From: Nemertoderma westbladi
Taxonomy: Eukaryota > Animalia > Xenacoelomorpha
Assembly: GCA_032718475.1 (NCBI GenBank)
Contig: JAUCBJ010007917.1
Span: forward strand, 1-60,222
Direction of reading: 5' to 3'
DNA: 60,222 nucleotides
Shown here: one piece after another, positions 58,601 to 60,222 of the stretch
Position numbering within the stretch: the stretch's first letter is position 1
Layout of the letters: each line of letters begins with the position of its first letter
The notes under the pieces: generated by a model
Databases searched by the model: none
What the model was told of the DNA's origin: nothing
Seen by the model: the letters and a program-made list of their open reading frames with translations, nothing else
Position numbers and translations under genes: made by a program

Positions 58601-59056
58601 CAAAGTTATTTTGTGCTATACCGGTATTTAATGCTATATAATAGCTATATAATAATATTTTTGTTTAAATATTGTGCTAGTATTTGCTATAACTATATAC
58701 CCCATTAAATTCACAATATTGCATTGCGAATTTATTCTGACATTTGGACCAACTGATTATTTGACAAATAATTTGACCGTATTTCGGTTAAATTATAATT
58801 ATATCTCGAACTTTTGCGAGATATTTTTGCCGGAAGGCAAAACATTATTAGACTATGAGTGTCTCAGACAAAGAGGCACTAGAGGACAGCTATGAGACGG
58901 CGGCTGGACCGCCGACTGACGATAGCGTAAATATTACTGTTGACGACAATGCCGACTATGACGACGCAGCGAGCGACGCTGACGTAAGTGAACAGGAGGA
59001 CGAGACAGTGACTAGTGAGGAAGAACAACAACCTCAGGTACCTAAAGAGGTGAGGT
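55670..59056 (+). mobile_element. Probable 5' end of another LTR element inserted in the satellite (LTR, long leader, acidic ORF start at 58855)
   Basis: Abrupt TGTTACGG start inside a monomer; 25-bp repeats at ~55697-55790; CCAAT 56153 and TATAAA ~56205; short acidic ORF 58855-59064. No enzymatic domain or LTR end identified. Confidence 0.45.
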
Positions 59057-60222
59057 CTCTATAGGGGTGCCTGAAACAGGCGGCGGCGTTCTCGCGAGGG
59101 TCTGGGGGCACGTTAAATTGTTGTTATAGTGCAAGGGAGTCACTGAAGGCCCTCGTGTCTGACGAACCATGAATTGCCATGGTGCCGTGGTATCGCCTAG
59201 TCGGCCTGTTGCCGTACTGCCAGTCCTGTACACAGTAGGGGTGGTGGCATGGCGTGATTTGTGGTTCATGTGGTGTGAACTATGATTTGTATGTGGGCGA
59301 GCAGTGGCAGTTAGCTTTGGGGCTTGGATGTGTGCCATTGACCGTCAGCTGTTCCGTTTTTTTTTGATACTATATGTTATTGTCTCCATGTTCAGCTGAT
59401 TGGTCTTTGGGGTGTGTTTAGGTCTGAGATGAGCTTTCTGTTGCTGTGGGTATGTGAGTACACGTGATTGTATGTATGGCCACTGTGAGTGAGTGTGGGA
59501 AACCTTGCCGGTTGAGCCAGACGCCGCTGGTATTAGTAGGACCATACTTTACTGCGCCCCAGCATACTTTGTGCACACAAGTTATTTTGCCCTGACGGTA
59601 AAATAAAGTACTCTCGACTCTTTATTAGTCGATACAATTTTGTCTCCCCCGATTTTGTCTTTCTCGATTTAGTCTTTCCCGATTATGTCCCCTGTGTGTG
59701 CATGGTATGTGTCAGATTTTGTGTTTACCGTAGTGTACTTGATATTGTGAACATCCATTGAGTACACGTGTATAGGACTGGTAAGTGGTTACTTGTTCCT
59801 AGCTTTCGAGCTAGTCAGTATTGTTTGCGGAACTTACTTCCCATCAATACTGCCGGCGAGGCGGGTGAAAACGTGTCAATATTCCATGTTGGGTAGCGCA
59901 AGCCCACATGGGACGAGACCGTCGGTTAGGCCCAAGGGCGACCTTGGTGCTTGATCGCTATCGACTGGTCCACCCGCCGGTTGACTCTTTGAGTTGGCTC
60001 AATGTACAGTCAGGCCACAGTAAGTTGACAGTAGCCGCCCATCTGGCTACACGTTCGACGAGCTGTGCCGGTGTGATCGGGGGACCGAAAACAGAACCCG
60101 GGAAGCATCGGGCCACCCTCCGGCCCGGTCTGATAATAACATCAGTCAGACTGGCCCCAGGGGTGGTGGGACAGCGTCCGCCTCATGGGTGCGCCTCCGG
60201 GAGGAGCCCAGAAGGACGCAAG

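Noticed and set aside
59057-60222. GC-richer terminal segment as a gene or element
   Set aside because: No ORF with a recognisable domain, and boundaries cannot be defined within the window.

Overview
Repeat-dense eukaryotic (probably invertebrate) DNA with no recognisable host gene; it is a nest of retrotransposons and satellites. The centrepiece is a 19.1-kb BEL/Pao LTR retrotransposon on the minus strand (23263-42364, 5-bp TSD ATATC, LTRs about 1.9 and 2.2 kb) inserted into an older copy of its own family. Besides gag and pol it carries an intact third ORF (1251 aa) with a WRN/EXD/Mut-7-like DEDDy 3'-5' exonuclease fold and three CCHC knuckles, preceded by a predicted 5'-UTR intron. It also has 12 co-oriented copies of a 20-nt hairpin motif (GGAAGGCTYGCGAGCCTACC on the element strand) found in UTRs and in all three reading frames, and a tRNA-like A/B-box cassette upstream of the CCAAT/TATA promoter in each LTR. 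Together these look like a protein-plus-cognate-motif accessory module, possibly anti-silencing or RNA packaging; that function is inference. Also present: a second BEL/Pao family (~600-bp LTRs, five pieces), RTE-like LINE fragments with (TAG)n tails, a second LINE interrupted by two TSD-flanked insertions (one with a hammerhead-like fold), a duplicated C2H2/acidic ORF beside a palindromic minisatellite, a tandem array of structured hairpins at 14.7-15.3 kb, a ~417-bp satellite with an 8-mer higher-order repeat, and the probable start of another LTR element. All family assignments come from motif recognition by eye; no database search was run.
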